A model generated the notes under the pieces. The model saw only the letters and a list, made by a program, of their open reading frames with translations, ran no database searches and was not told where the DNA came from. Below are positions 11,610 to 23,100 of a DNA stretch of 64,000 bases, in pieces. How positions within the stretch are numbered: position 1 is the first letter of the stretch; each line of letters starts with the position of its first letter. The stretch spans positions 54,597 to 118,596 of the forward strand of contig CAZFGG010000001.1 in NCBI GenBank assembly GCA_964518425.1, read 5' to 3'. A program made the translations under genes and the position numbers. This stretch comes from an uncultured Gammaproteobacteria bacterium (GTDB taxonomy: Bacteria > Patescibacteriota > Patescibacteriia > SBBC01 > CAIJZX01).

Positions 11610-14600
11610 CACGTTTTATCCAATCGCTCTCGTCACGAATCGCCCTCAGCGGAGTATCCGTGGTGATCATGGTTTTCCTGGCCCTCCATCTTTCACCGGT
11701 TGCTTGGGGTGCGCCGATATGTCTGGCTGGAGACTGCTCGGGAGGGGAAGTGTGTGTTTCAACCCAAGGCTGCGTGGCCATTAGCATGTCAGTCAACACC
11801 ATCGTGACGGCCACAACAGTTGGATACAACGTTGATGTGAATGGCGTTGATCCATGGACGCTCTACGCCTGCCTCGGGCCCCGTACGGTCTGCGACACCA
11901 AACCGCACTCGGATACAAATTTTTGGAAGCAGGTTGGTGCCGTCGACCTCAAGACGAAGTTCGCGGTTTATAACGTTCGTCCGGGTAAGACCTATACTGC
12001 TTCACTCTTTGTTCAAACCGATCCAACCACAACGCTTGAACAGGAAGCCACGGCCACGACCTGGCCAGCTTTTCCCGCCCCTCCGACAATCAGCAACATT
12101 GGCCAGAATACAGCCACGATTAATTGGGCGCTGCCATTCTCAGCCGATTCAAAAGTGCGTTATGGTATTTTCCCCCAAGACTGGCAAAGTGAATATTCTT
12201 TGCCAGCCGGACAAACATTCTCAGCCGTCGCCGGGCTCAGTTCGGGAAAATCCTGGGCCGTTGGCCAAAGTGGCGCCATTGTGAATCGAACTATTTCGGG
12301 CTGGCAAGTACAAAATAGTCAGACGACCGCTGATCTCATCACGATTGATGGCTACGACGATAATTCTTTATGGGTCGCGGGAAAAGCCGGAGTAGTGCTC
12401 CGTACAACGAATGGGGGCGGATCCTGGGATTCACAAAGCGCACTCTATTCAAACCCAGCCGATGATATTTATGGCATCAGTACCTCAACCGACTCGACGG
12501 CCTGGATTGCTGGTACTCAAGGGGTCCACTTTTTTGACGGCAGCCTGTGCCAAACACGAACACCGCCAGTCTCCGGTTCTTTCTATTCAGTCTTAACCCT
12601 CAATAATCATGAAGTGTGGGTTGGAGGCAGCACCGGCAAGGTCTATCATACTATCAATGGTGGAACGATCTGGACGACGCAAAACACCGGAGGAGCTGGT
12701 ACCATTAATACTTTAGCTAGTCTTGATGGTAAAACGATTTGGGCTGGAGGCGCGAACGGTGGACTCTGGCGCTCAACTGACAGCGGGCAAACGTGGTTGA
12801 CGATGACGACGGGTACGGCGCAGCAAATAAATAGCCTATCCATGCTCTCACCATCGGAAGTCTGGTTCGGAGCCGCAAATGGAATAGGTAGTTCAACGAA
12901 TGCCAATGGTGCAAACCCTACATTCACGTTTGACGCGAGCGTCCTCGGCGCAGTCCCGTCTGTACAGAGCATTGCCTTCGCGAATGGATCAAGTCTGATT
13001 GCCGTTGGCCAGAATAAGCTGGGGGCCTATCGCTGTCACTCGAGTCCGACCTCGTGTGCGAATGTTCAAAGCGATTCAAATATTATTGTTCCGCCCAGTA
13101 GCCATAGCGTTCAACTCAACGGTCTATCGCAAGGCCAGCCATACTTTTTCTCGGTCGAATCCGTTGGTTCGGGAGTCGGCTGGGGAGCTTTTGGAACATT
13201 CATGACCGGCCAACCGGATACTATTCCTCCCGTGACCGCCTTTATCAATCCACCCTCTCCCGGCCCGACGTATACGAATACCACGCCATTCGCGGTAACT
13301 GGGACAGCCAGCGATACCCCGCCTGGTTCCGTCCAGAGTGTCACGTTAACAAAAAACGGCACACCGCAAAGCGTCAGCGGTACGACCTCGTGGTCATCAA
13401 ATGTGGCTCTATCACCTGGCCTGAACGCCTTGGTGGCGACGGCGACTGATGGCGGCAGCAATACCGCCACCGCCAATAGCAGTCTCTTCTACGACGCGAC
13501 AAAGCCAGTAGTTTCTATTACTGCACCGACCAACGGCTCAACAGTCAATACCAATCCTTTTAACGTTACCGGAACCTCAACCGATAATGCGGCCAACGAC
13601 TCGGGCCTAGCCTCCATTGTGATGACGGTGAATGGTGGAAGCCCACAAAGTATTGCGGTCGCGGCCGGTACGGGATCATTCAACTGGAATGCTTCAGCCA
13701 GCCTCAACGTTGGATCGAACACCGTCGCCGTCACGGTCGCTGATCGAGCGGGGAACACGCAAACGACTCAAGTGACCTTCACCTATGTTGCCCCGAGTTT
13801 TAATCTGACTGTGACCCCGGCCAGCCAAACAGCATTTTCTGGAGATATTGTGACCTACACCGCAACGCTGACTTCGCAAAATGGCTTTGCCGGCTCGGTC
13901 AATTTGTCGGCCGTTGTTGCCCCCGGCGGCCCGACCGTCTCATTCAGTCCAAGTGTTGTTACCTTGACTGCCGGTTCAACGGCTACGAGCACCCTGACGG
14001 TTGCGACGGCCGGCGCTAACGGGAATACGTATACGATCACCACGACCGCTACCGGCGGTAGTGTTACAAAAACAGCCAGCGTCCAACTCATTCTCAAGGC
14101 TGCTCCTGACTTCAGCATCTCCGCCACCCCCTCGCCGCTGAGTATCATCGCCGGACAATCAGGTAGCTACACGGTCACCGTGTCGGCCAATAATACGTTT
14201 GCTGGACCAATCACCTTTTCAGTTACCGGTATCCCATCGAATGTGACCGGAACATTTAGCCCCCCCTCAGTTACCTTAGCGAACTCTCAAATTACGACGG
14301 TCAGTCTCAATATCGTGACCCAAGCCACTGCGGCCAATGGTGATTACCCATTAACCATTACCGGTAACGGAACGAATGCCGCCAACGGCCAGATTATCAC
14401 GCCCGCGCCAACCACATCAGTCATTCTCCATATCAGTCCAGCTCCGGATATTGGCCTCAATTTTACGCCAGCCAGCCAAACGGCTAATGCCGGAGGATTA
14501 GCGGTCGTGTACTCGGGGACCGTCACAAGTATGAACGGTTTTGGAGGAACGGGGACGCAGGTCAACCTGACGGTGACGAGTGATTATGCAGGCTCTGGTT

Positions 14601-15757
14601 TAACCATGACGCTCCAACCAAACCAAGTCATTCTCGCTTCAGGTGATGTCAAAACGACAGCCTTGAATGTCATCGTGGCCAATAGTGTTCCGGGTGGTAC
14701 GTATCATCTGACAGTCACGGCCAGTGGCGGCAGTGTCACGAAGCAAGCCACTGTCAACCTGGTCGTCAATGAAGATACCTCTCCACCGATCATCACGAAT
14801 ATCGTGCCCACGCCGAACTTCGATCGTGTCCGCATTACCTGGACGACGGATGAACCGGCGAACTCGGCCATAAAAATCTATACGGATGTCGCCCGAGCTA
14901 ATCAATATGGACAGAACGAGACGCTCAGCACATTCTGCACCTCCGCTTGCCATGATTTGGTCTACGCGACCTTGGCGCCATTGACGACCTACTACTTCAC
15001 CGTCACCTCAACTGATACCGATCCTACGCCCGGTGGACCGCGGACGACGATCGCTACGACCGATGCCAGCGGAAACCCTTTGCAGTTCACGACACTCGAC
15101 ACTCCAGACACGACCCCTCCGGATGTTACCCTCGTGACGCCGGCTGATCAGACGACGGTCACTGGGAATACTGATGTCACTGGGCACGGCCATGATGATA
15201 AGAAAGTTGATCATATCAAGCTGGCCATTGATAACCTGACCCCTGGCACAACGGAGCCGCCGATCGCCACAACTATTGGATGTAGCGGACAGGACTGCGA
15301 TTATTCGTATACCTGGAACACTGGCGCCTTCGGTGCCGCCGGAAATGGTGTCCACACGGTCACGGTCACCGCTGTTGATGGTGCTGGCAATCCATCCTCG
15401 CCAGTCACGCACACGGTCACCGTCGACAATGACTTCACCGACCCACAGCTGACCAGCGGACCAGACGCCATTAATCTTGTCTGCACGACGACTTGCAAGA
15501 TCACGATCGTCTGGACGACCGATGACCAGTCGACGAGCGAAGTCGGCTACGATACTCCTGTTCCGCAGTACTGCGATCCAGTCTCGGGCGCCTGTACCTA
15601 CAGCCAGCATCAAGCCTACGACGATGCCGCCCCGAGTGATTCGTCACCAGCGTATACCAGCCATAGTGTTACCTTAACGAACCTCAACAAGAACGTTCTC
15701 TACCATTATCGCGTCTTCAGCTGTAATAAAACTGGCCGCTGCCTGCAAAGTGGCTAA
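11606..15757 (+). CDS. Giant (1383 aa) secreted protein with BNR/Asp-box repeats and multiple Ig/FN3-like beta-sandwich domains
   Basis: ATGA overlap with upstream gene; signal peptide; BNR-like SxDxGxTW repeats (TTNGGGSWDSQ, TINGGTIWTTQ, STDSGQTWLTM); repeated about 95-aa T/S-rich Ig-like modules (e.g. FNLTVTPASQTAFSGDIVTYTATLTSQNGFAGSVNLSAVV). Confidence 0.7.
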   Translation: MTRFIQSLSSRIALSGVSVVIMVFLALHLSPVAWGAPICLAGDCSGGEVCVSTQGCVAISMSVNTIVTATTVGYNVDVNGVDPWTLYACLGPRTVCDTKPHSDTNFWKQVGAVDLKTKFAVYNVRPGKTYTASLFVQTDPTTTLEQEATATTWPAFPAPPTISNIGQNTATINWALPFSADSKVRYGIFPQDWQSEYSLPAGQTFSAVAGLSSGKSWAVGQSGAIVNRTISGWQVQNSQTTADLITIDGYDDNSLWVAGKAGVVLRTTNGGGSWDSQSALYSNPADDIYGISTSTDSTAWIAGTQGVHFFDGSLCQTRTPPVSGSFYSVLTLNNHEVWVGGSTGKVYHTINGGTIWTTQNTGGAGTINTLASLDGKTIWAGGANGGLWRSTDSGQTWLTMTTGTAQQINSLSMLSPSEVWFGAANGIGSSTNANGANPTFTFDASVLGAVPSVQSIAFANGSSLIAVGQNKLGAYRCHSSPTSCANVQSDSNIIVPPSSHSVQLNGLSQGQPYFFSVESVGSGVGWGAFGTFMTGQPDTIPPVTAFINPPSPGPTYTNTTPFAVTGTASDTPPGSVQSVTLTKNGTPQSVSGTTSWSSNVALSPGLNALVATATDGGSNTATANSSLFYDATKPVVSITAPTNGSTVNTNPFNVTGTSTDNAANDSGLASIVMTVNGGSPQSIAVAAGTGSFNWNASASLNVGSNTVAVTVADRAGNTQTTQVTFTYVAPSFNLTVTPASQTAFSGDIVTYTATLTSQNGFAGSVNLSAVVAPGGPTVSFSPSVVTLTAGSTATSTLTVATAGANGNTYTITTTATGGSVTKTASVQLILKAAPDFSISATPSPLSIIAGQSGSYTVTVSANNTFAGPITFSVTGIPSNVTGTFSPPSVTLANSQITTVSLNIVTQATAANGDYPLTITGNGTNAANGQIITPAPTTSVILHISPAPDIGLNFTPASQTANAGGLAVVYSGTVTSMNGFGGTGTQVNLTVTSDYAGSGLTMTLQPNQVILASGDVKTTALNVIVANSVPGGTYHLTVTASGGSVTKQATVNLVVNEDTSPPIITNIVPTPNFDRVRITWTTDEPANSAIKIYTDVARANQYGQNETLSTFCTSACHDLVYATLAPLTTYYFTVTSTDTDPTPGGPRTTIATTDASGNPLQFTTLDTPDTTPPDVTLVTPADQTTVTGNTDVTGHGHDDKKVDHIKLAIDNLTPGTTEPPIATTIGCSGQDCDYSYTWNTGAFGAAGNGVHTVTVTAVDGAGNPSSPVTHTVTVDNDFTDPQLTSGPDAINLVCTTTCKITIVWTTDDQSTSEVGYDTPVPQYCDPVSGACTYSQHQAYDDAAPSDSSPAYTSHSVTLTNLNKNVLYHYRVFSCNKTGRCLQSG

Positions 15758-15763
15758 ACGACT

Positions 15764-18700
15764 ATGGTGACCCGACCCTCAACTCATAAACGATTCACGC
15801 TGATTTTCTTGGCGGTGGCTTTAGCCGTGATGAGTTACGTTCGATCATCATCAGCCCAAACCAGTGGTCCTCAAATTACCTCGATCACTGTCTCGAATGT
15901 TTCCTCGAATAGCGCCGACATTGGCTACACCATAAACCCAGCGGCGGGCAGTCGGATTGTTTACGATTTGTCCGCTCATGCCCAAGCAAGTGACTATCAG
16001 TTTGCCTGCGACGGTAATGCCTGCGGAATCCCGCCCTCGTCGGCCACCTACACTGCCGATGTCACCAGTAACGTCCTGACGATTACCGGCCTTCAGATCA
16101 GCACCACGTATCATTTCCGCATCGAGGCAAAAAACGCCAATGGTACGACCGCCAGCGCCGATCGCACCTTCGCCACAACTGGCGCTGGCGGTGGCGGAGC
16201 AAGCGTGACCATCACCGACATTAGCTATAGCTGTGACGGATCTCAGTGCCGAGTCGGATTTAGTACCAATATTGACGCTATCGTTGAGGTTCGTTGGATG
16301 GATAACGCGGCGTACCAGGCCAATCCGCCGGCTGATTGTGATAGCTACCCAAATTCGACTGCCGAATCCACCGCGGCCAAAGGCCTGCGATCATTGCTCG
16401 TTGCTGCGCCGGGGCAACCAAAGTTAGCTCTGGATACGAAATATCATTATTGTATCAAGGCCACGGCTGGGGCCAGCCAATCGCATACCAATGACCTGAT
16501 CTTACAGACGCCAATTTCTAGTTCTGACCACACCTTCTCGACCGGGGCTTGCCCGGATGGAACGGCCATTGGTTCGTGTAACAAGGATCGGAAATATTGT
16601 GATAACAACGGTATTCTTGTCACGAGCTGTACATCAATCTGCGGCTTGATTTGCCCGAGTAATTCGACCTGTAACCAAAGCGGGCAATGCGTTGTCGATC
16701 CAACCCTAGGGACTTCGCCATACCAGTGTAATCAAGCCAGCTGCTATAACAAGAATGGACAACTCATCATTCCGGCTCCATCCGGCTGCTATGCCTCCTG
16801 GCCGCGATGTAACGCCAATACTATTTTGAAGGTCCGGAAAGACCGGGGATGTAACCTCTGGCTGACCTGCTCAACGAGTCTTCAGACCGAACCGACGGCT
16901 AACGCACCAGCCGAAAACCTCTGTCTGAGCCTGGCGGCTTGTAATAGTTTAGGGATCGAAGGTCAATGTAATAAATATCTTCCCCAAGGGCAGTGCAGCA
17001 ACGATCCGTTACGTTTCTGTTCGTCCGATACCGACTGCTTGGCCGGCGGAACGTGTAATATCTCGCCGACGGAGAACCCGACGAAGACATTACAGAACAT
17101 CACCTATCAGACGCCGGAAGACATCAGCCATATTGCCGACCTGTCTGGAAATGTTATTGCTGGCCTGGACTGGCACCAGCAAGGCGGCTCCAATGTTATC
17201 CAAGGATTCTTGCCATGGCAACTCATGCGCCAAGTTGGTGGCAACGCCGAATTGAAGAATGGAGACTTCGAGTACAATCCGCCGAGCGTTAGCCCGTGGG
17301 AAGTCGCGCCGCTAGCGAAGAATGGCGATAATCCAGGCTCAACATCAATCAACATTGATTTTGAAGACCGTGACAACAGCATCAATCATGTCTTAGTCGT
17401 CAGCCCGGTCGTGGAGAGCGCGCTAGCCACAAAACACTGTCAGGTAACGACGTATGCTAGTGGCGCGCAACAAGGCAAACCAGTTGACTGCAGCGCAACG
17501 GATAGCGTTTGTACCGCCGCCAACGATCAATGCGTAACCGATACGACAAATGTTAAGTTCTCGGGCGCTGTTTCAGGAACATTCACCGCGGCCCCATCAG
17601 AATATTACTATGCCGAAGCTCGGATTAAATCTCCTTCCGGCAACCCGCGCGTTCGTTTCCAATTTGGCTACGCCGGATATACGAAATTTAACGTCCCCAA
17701 TGGAAGCGGCTCAACGAATACCTTTGTCGACGTTCCGGTAACGAATGCCTGGCAACGGGTAACACTAGGCCCACTGAATGGCATGTCCGGTGAAACTCGA
17801 TTTGGCGCAGTCTGTGCGGAGACCGATCCAGCGACCTGCAGCACCTTCTGGCTGGATGATGTTCAAATCCGACCGGTCCTTCAGGTCGACACGAACCCCA
17901 CGTTCATCACGCCGAGCTGCCGGCTCTACCCGAAAGATGACTCACCGTCATGCGATTACGTCGATCAGAACAATGTCGTCTACAAAGGCTGGCATGGTTA
18001 CTGCCTTGAACACGATTCACAAACCGGGACCTGCTTATCCTGGTGGCCAGTTGATATCATCAAAGGTGAATCGAATGTCTTCGGCGCGGACACACCGGCT
18101 GGATATAAAGACCGGGCTCCGTTATTCATGTGTGCCGAAGCAGCCGGGTTGAATGGCTTAAATGAATTTGATGTTTCCAAGTCGTACACCGCGGGATTTG
18201 ATTACCAAAACTTCGTCGCATTTTCTCCGGCTTCCGGAAACTGTGACTCGGCAAAGGCCTCCCATTTCACCATTGCCACCTGCACTCGTGACGAGTCTGG
18301 AAATTTATTACCAATCTGGTTTGTCAAACAGGGCGCTAATCGGGCTGATGCCGGGATATCAATGGACCAGATCGTCAGCATTCATTGGAATTCGGTTGGA
18401 CAGTTCGCATCCGAGAATCCAACGTTTGTCGTTCATAATAACGATGCTCTGCGCGGCTCGACAGCATTAAGTCCAGCAGAAACCGGAACGGATGGAGGTC
18501 ATGATTGGAGAATATGGCAGAGTGTTGATGCAGCGGCCAATGAAACATCCTGGATTTTTTCTAACGTTACTCCGTGTCAGCGCGTCGGATTGAGTAATGG
18601 GGGACAAAACTGCGTCTACGGCGGGATCGTCTTTGATTCAACAACGAAGTTAGTGAAGCGGTACGAGCTGATCGAAAATGACCGCACCGATGGTGTCGAT

Positions 18701-20128
18701 GGGACAGGCGTTGCTGAGCCCGCCACATATCAGGTGGTTTTCGACCTTAAAGAATCATGCAGCACGTTAGTTGAGGTCGTCGACCCACAGGGTGATAACC
18801 AAGCCTTTGCCTCGCGAATTAATTCTTCTTCATACCAAGTACCGAACCTCCAGTATGGGAGTGGTGCCGATTTGCCACCCTACGGAGGAGCCGTTGCTCC
18901 GGCCAATGGGAACGCGTTACCAGTTGATTGGCCGCTCTTACCGATCGTCAAGCCCGATTATGTTACGTTTACACCGCCGGGCCAAGCTCGGGGAGGATCA
19001 CCATATGGCTGCAAAGGAAAATGTGATGCCTTGGTCTGCACAACCAACCCAGCCAATACTTGCTCAACACCCCAGCTCATTGACCAGTGTCAACATCCTG
19101 ACCCGACCTCAAATATTCAGCCGGGGGATTGTACCGGCACCGGCAGTGGGTTCAATGGTTCGAATCTTGGAGTCCAGAAATATACGGCGGCAGACCAGTT
19201 GACCACGGATAAACAATATTTTGCTCAAGAGCGCATCCGGCGTATCTTTGCGGCTTCGTTCGGTATTTACGCCTGGGACGCCACGTCACAAAAGTATGTC
19301 CTCTCGGGCGCCCATTTTGATAGCCCTACCCAAGTCTGCCCAGTCCAACAAGTTGCAGGACTTTGTGCCACGGTTTCCGCTACATGTAACGCCACAGCAC
19401 CCGTGACGGGTAACGGCACGTCGGCTCAGGCCGCCAAGGATAATGCGAAGTCCAAATGCCAACAAATCGTGGCCTGCGATGGGACCAAAGCCGAATGCCC
19501 GAGCAGCGGCGATCAATTAAAATACAACGACATTGCTTCCCCAACGTGCAGTGGCAGCGGTACGAACTTTACCTGTACAGCAAGCTGCATCTTTGACCAG
19601 GGTACGAATACCTATAGCAAGGCTACCACCGTTACACAGCCAGGCGGCCCGCGACCCGTCCGCCCAGCCTATCCAAATGACTTTTGTGCGGTTCCGCCGA
19701 CAGTCAGTGGATCCGCCTTCCTGAATTCGCCCGCCACGACTGCTACGATCGATAGTGGCAGTGGCACCGTCGGGATTAAGTTCAATTCCAACGCTGATGC
19801 CGACCAGGTCCCGCTGCGAACCATCAGCATTGACTGGGGTGATGGTCCGGCCTTGTCGTATAGTTACACCTTCGCCCCTCGGAACGATCCATCGAAACCA
19901 CATATCTTTGCTCACCCCTATGTGATCGGCGGAACCCCATCACCTGGATCATCCTGTGGCACTGACAGCAGTGGTCGCTTCGTCTGCGCGTATCATATTA
20001 AGATTCAGGTCCAAGACCATTGGAACTGGTGTAGCGATACCAAAACCGATGCCAGCTCGGTCAAGAATTGCAGTACCAATTCAGCCAACTGGTTCGACAC
20101 CGGCTTGACGGTCAAAGTCGCGCAATAG
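15764..20128 (+). CDS. Giant (1454 aa) secreted protein with N-terminal FN3-like domain and Cys-rich regions
   Basis: Signal peptide MVTRPSTHKRFTLIFLAVALAVMSYVRSSSA; FN3-like segment (SGPQITSITVSNVSSNSADIGYTINP...YHFRIEAKNANGTTAS); many paired cysteines. Confidence 0.7.
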   Translation: MVTRPSTHKRFTLIFLAVALAVMSYVRSSSAQTSGPQITSITVSNVSSNSADIGYTINPAAGSRIVYDLSAHAQASDYQFACDGNACGIPPSSATYTADVTSNVLTITGLQISTTYHFRIEAKNANGTTASADRTFATTGAGGGGASVTITDISYSCDGSQCRVGFSTNIDAIVEVRWMDNAAYQANPPADCDSYPNSTAESTAAKGLRSLLVAAPGQPKLALDTKYHYCIKATAGASQSHTNDLILQTPISSSDHTFSTGACPDGTAIGSCNKDRKYCDNNGILVTSCTSICGLICPSNSTCNQSGQCVVDPTLGTSPYQCNQASCYNKNGQLIIPAPSGCYASWPRCNANTILKVRKDRGCNLWLTCSTSLQTEPTANAPAENLCLSLAACNSLGIEGQCNKYLPQGQCSNDPLRFCSSDTDCLAGGTCNISPTENPTKTLQNITYQTPEDISHIADLSGNVIAGLDWHQQGGSNVIQGFLPWQLMRQVGGNAELKNGDFEYNPPSVSPWEVAPLAKNGDNPGSTSINIDFEDRDNSINHVLVVSPVVESALATKHCQVTTYASGAQQGKPVDCSATDSVCTAANDQCVTDTTNVKFSGAVSGTFTAAPSEYYYAEARIKSPSGNPRVRFQFGYAGYTKFNVPNGSGSTNTFVDVPVTNAWQRVTLGPLNGMSGETRFGAVCAETDPATCSTFWLDDVQIRPVLQVDTNPTFITPSCRLYPKDDSPSCDYVDQNNVVYKGWHGYCLEHDSQTGTCLSWWPVDIIKGESNVFGADTPAGYKDRAPLFMCAEAAGLNGLNEFDVSKSYTAGFDYQNFVAFSPASGNCDSAKASHFTIATCTRDESGNLLPIWFVKQGANRADAGISMDQIVSIHWNSVGQFASENPTFVVHNNDALRGSTALSPAETGTDGGHDWRIWQSVDAAANETSWIFSNVTPCQRVGLSNGGQNCVYGGIVFDSTTKLVKRYELIENDRTDGVDGTGVAEPATYQVVFDLKESCSTLVEVVDPQGDNQAFASRINSSSYQVPNLQYGSGADLPPYGGAVAPANGNALPVDWPLLPIVKPDYVTFTPPGQARGGSPYGCKGKCDALVCTTNPANTCSTPQLIDQCQHPDPTSNIQPGDCTGTGSGFNGSNLGVQKYTAADQLTTDKQYFAQERIRRIFAASFGIYAWDATSQKYVLSGAHFDSPTQVCPVQQVAGLCATVSATCNATAPVTGNGTSAQAAKDNAKSKCQQIVACDGTKAECPSSGDQLKYNDIASPTCSGSGTNFTCTASCIFDQGTNTYSKATTVTQPGGPRPVRPAYPNDFCAVPPTVSGSAFLNSPATTATIDSGSGTVGIKFNSNADADQVPLRTISIDWGDGPALSYSYTFAPRNDPSKPHIFAHPYVIGGTPSPGSSCGTDSSGRFVCAYHIKIQVQDHWNWCSDTKTDASSVKNCSTNSANWFDTGLTVKVAQ

Positions 20129-20129
20129 T

Positions 20130-23100
20130 ATGAAACGATTTCTTTCACGCTTGCGCCGAATCCCCCATCGCTGGGCGCTGTTGAGTAGCCTGGTTATCGT
20201 CGTAGTACTCATAGTTATTTGGCCGAGTCCGGCCCGGGCTGATGTTCAGCAGGTCATCTTCAGTGATATCTTAAGCCCGATCGTGACGGCCATGATCCGG
20301 CTCTTCGCCTTATTGACCGCCTACATCGTCGGACTCCTCATTCTCGTCGCCCAACAAAATAATTTCATCAATTCCGCGCCCGTCGTGACGGGCTACCCGA
20401 TCGTCCGCGACTTAGCGAACATGATCTTCATTATCGCTTTGTTGATTATTGCCGCCGGTACGATTCTACGCTTAGAGAATTACCGCTACAACCGCTTGCT
20501 CGGCCGGCTGATTGTCATGGCGTTCTTGGTCAACCTGGCGCGCTTCATTACCGGATTCTTCATTCAAACCTCGCAGGTGTTCATGCTGACGTTCGTCAAT
20601 GCGTTCAAAGACATCGCCCTTGGTAACTTTGCCAACATGTTCGGCTTAGATGTGGTCTTGAAATTCAGCCAACAGAACCCGACGGCGACAGATGCCTCGT
20701 TATTCATGACCTTGGTTGGCGGCCTGGCCATGATGATTATCGCCTTCTGTGTCATCTTAGCCGTTGTCGTCATCCTGATCGTCCGGATCGTGGCCTTATG
20801 GATATTGACCATCTTATCGCCGCTGGCCTACGCCTTACGCATTATCCCGAACACCGAACGGTATGCTTCCCAGTGGTGGAGCGAATTCGGAAAGTACGTC
20901 GTTTCCGGTCCGGTCCTGGCCTTCTTCCTCTGGCTGGCACTTGCCTTGAGCGCCGGTTCGGCCAACCAAAGTAGTGTCCTTTTCCAGAGCGTCAACGGCA
21001 CGAGCGGCGCGAATGCCAATCTCACGAATCAGGTCCAACAGCAACTCGCTCCGATTCAGAAGGATTTTGTCACGGAGATTTTCTCGATGCCCCGGCTGAT
21101 GACCTTCATCGTCTCGATCATTTTCCTGATGATGGGTATGCAGTACGCCAGTAAATCGGGCGGCGCGGGAGCCGGATTTGCGAAAAGAATATATGAGAAA
21201 GGACTTGGTGTCGGCGCGACGGCTACTGGGTTGAACGCTATCCGCAGCCAAATCAACGAACGAGCGGTTGCTCCGGTTCAAGGCTGGATTAAAAACCGTC
21301 AGGCGGCTCGGCAAGGGAGGATTCAGGAACGAACGGCGGCCCTCGAGTCGGCCGGCGCCCGTATTCGATCGCAGGCCCCGGTCATGCCCGGTATTCTTGG
21401 CCGCGAAGGCCGCGAACGGGCAGCCGCGAGTGCCCAGAATATTGAAGGACAACGGACCCAGCAATTCATCCAATCCCGCGGTTTACAGAATTTGCCGCAT
21501 GACGACGTTATGACTCGTTTCTTGACGACGACCGGTCGCGAACAATTAGCGGCCATGACGGTCTTAAAAGACCGCGGGCGGATTAATCTCCAAGACCCCA
21601 ACCAAGAAAAAGCCTTCAACCAGGCTATGGCCTGGAACCGTGTCCCAGAAGGCGATCGCCTAAAGATGCGTGAGGAGATTTTTCGATCCAATATGGGAGG
21701 TATGGATGAGAATAGTATTCGCGCCCGCCTGGGAGCTTCAACCGATCCGGAACAGCGGATCCAATTTGCTCAAGAGCTCCAGCGCCGGCAACTGTTAAAA
21801 GTAGGACGAGCCGAAGATGAACAAATTTCAGCCGGACTGCTGAACGATTTGGCGGCTAACCCGGAACGGTTGCAAGCTGCTCGTGAATCAATGATGAAAA
21901 CCAATCCGGACATGGCAAAAAAAGTCATCTTCGGGAGCCTAGCGGATTCATCAAGTCGGAGAGCGTTCTTGAGCGCCATTCAACAGAAGCAAATGAACCC
22001 GTCGGCTTTAAATCATGCAGTTCAAGATACTTTTGCCCGAGCGGGTGAAGCTGCCGCAATAGGTAATTTCCTGAATCAAATCAGCCCGGATGCAGAGACG
22101 CTGAATTCGTATAGACGTCAGATGGATCCAGAAGCGGCTCAGGAAATTTTCAGTCACCTCACGATTGCCGATGATGCTTCAGCTGAAGAACGGCAGAAAG
22201 TTGCCCGTGTAACAGGAGAATGGGGCAAGGCATTTACGCAATCCAATGGCACCTTCTTAACCGCAAAAAACTCTGATGGCACATCAAAGAAAAATTCTGA
22301 TGGAAGCGATGTCACACTTGCACAAGAGTTTGCCAGCAAACTAGGTGGAGAAGAAATCAGTAAGAATATTTCTCTGCAAGCTCTGAAAGATCAGAATGTC
22401 TTACAGTCCTTGAGACGATCAGATAATATGAAGGCCTCTCATTGGGAAGCCCTTCGCAAACGGAATAAGGAAACACGTGCGGCGCTTGAGGAAGGTTTGA
22501 AAGGTTATGCTGATCACCTGGGTGCCGAGGCTTATGATAAGCAAGGAAATATTATTCTGGATCTCGAGAAGCTCGGGGGGAATGAAGATCGCTTTAAAGA
22601 AAATGAATTTGTTGTTCGTAACTTGATGTTGGCTAGTAAAGGCAAAGAGAATCGGTACAACTTGGCTGATGAGAAAGCCCGCCAAGCGTTTGAGCGCTTA
22701 GTCAGCGGTGCCAGCGCTGCAGACTTAAGTGACATAACAAAGTCGCCAGTTTATGCGGCTCATACTGATACCGTTAATCTCCTCTTTGGTTGGAAGGGAA
22801 AGATGAACGAGGTAGCTGAAATGTTAACCGAAAACTATCAGTTTGCGGTGGACGCCATGAAAGAAACGGAAAAAACACTGACTGAAAAAATCAAAGCTGG
22901 CGGTCGAGAAGGAAGTATTGCCTACAACCGACTGAAAGAGATGTCCAAGCATCCAATTTTGAGTAATTATATTGCCTACCCTGAAAAGCCATCAGAAGGA
23001 GGAGGTAAGGGAGGTACGGCAGCGGCAGCTGCTGCTGGGGTAGCGGCGGGGGTAGCGGGTATGGCCGCTGCTGGTGGTATGGGAGGAAGTAGCCAGCCAG

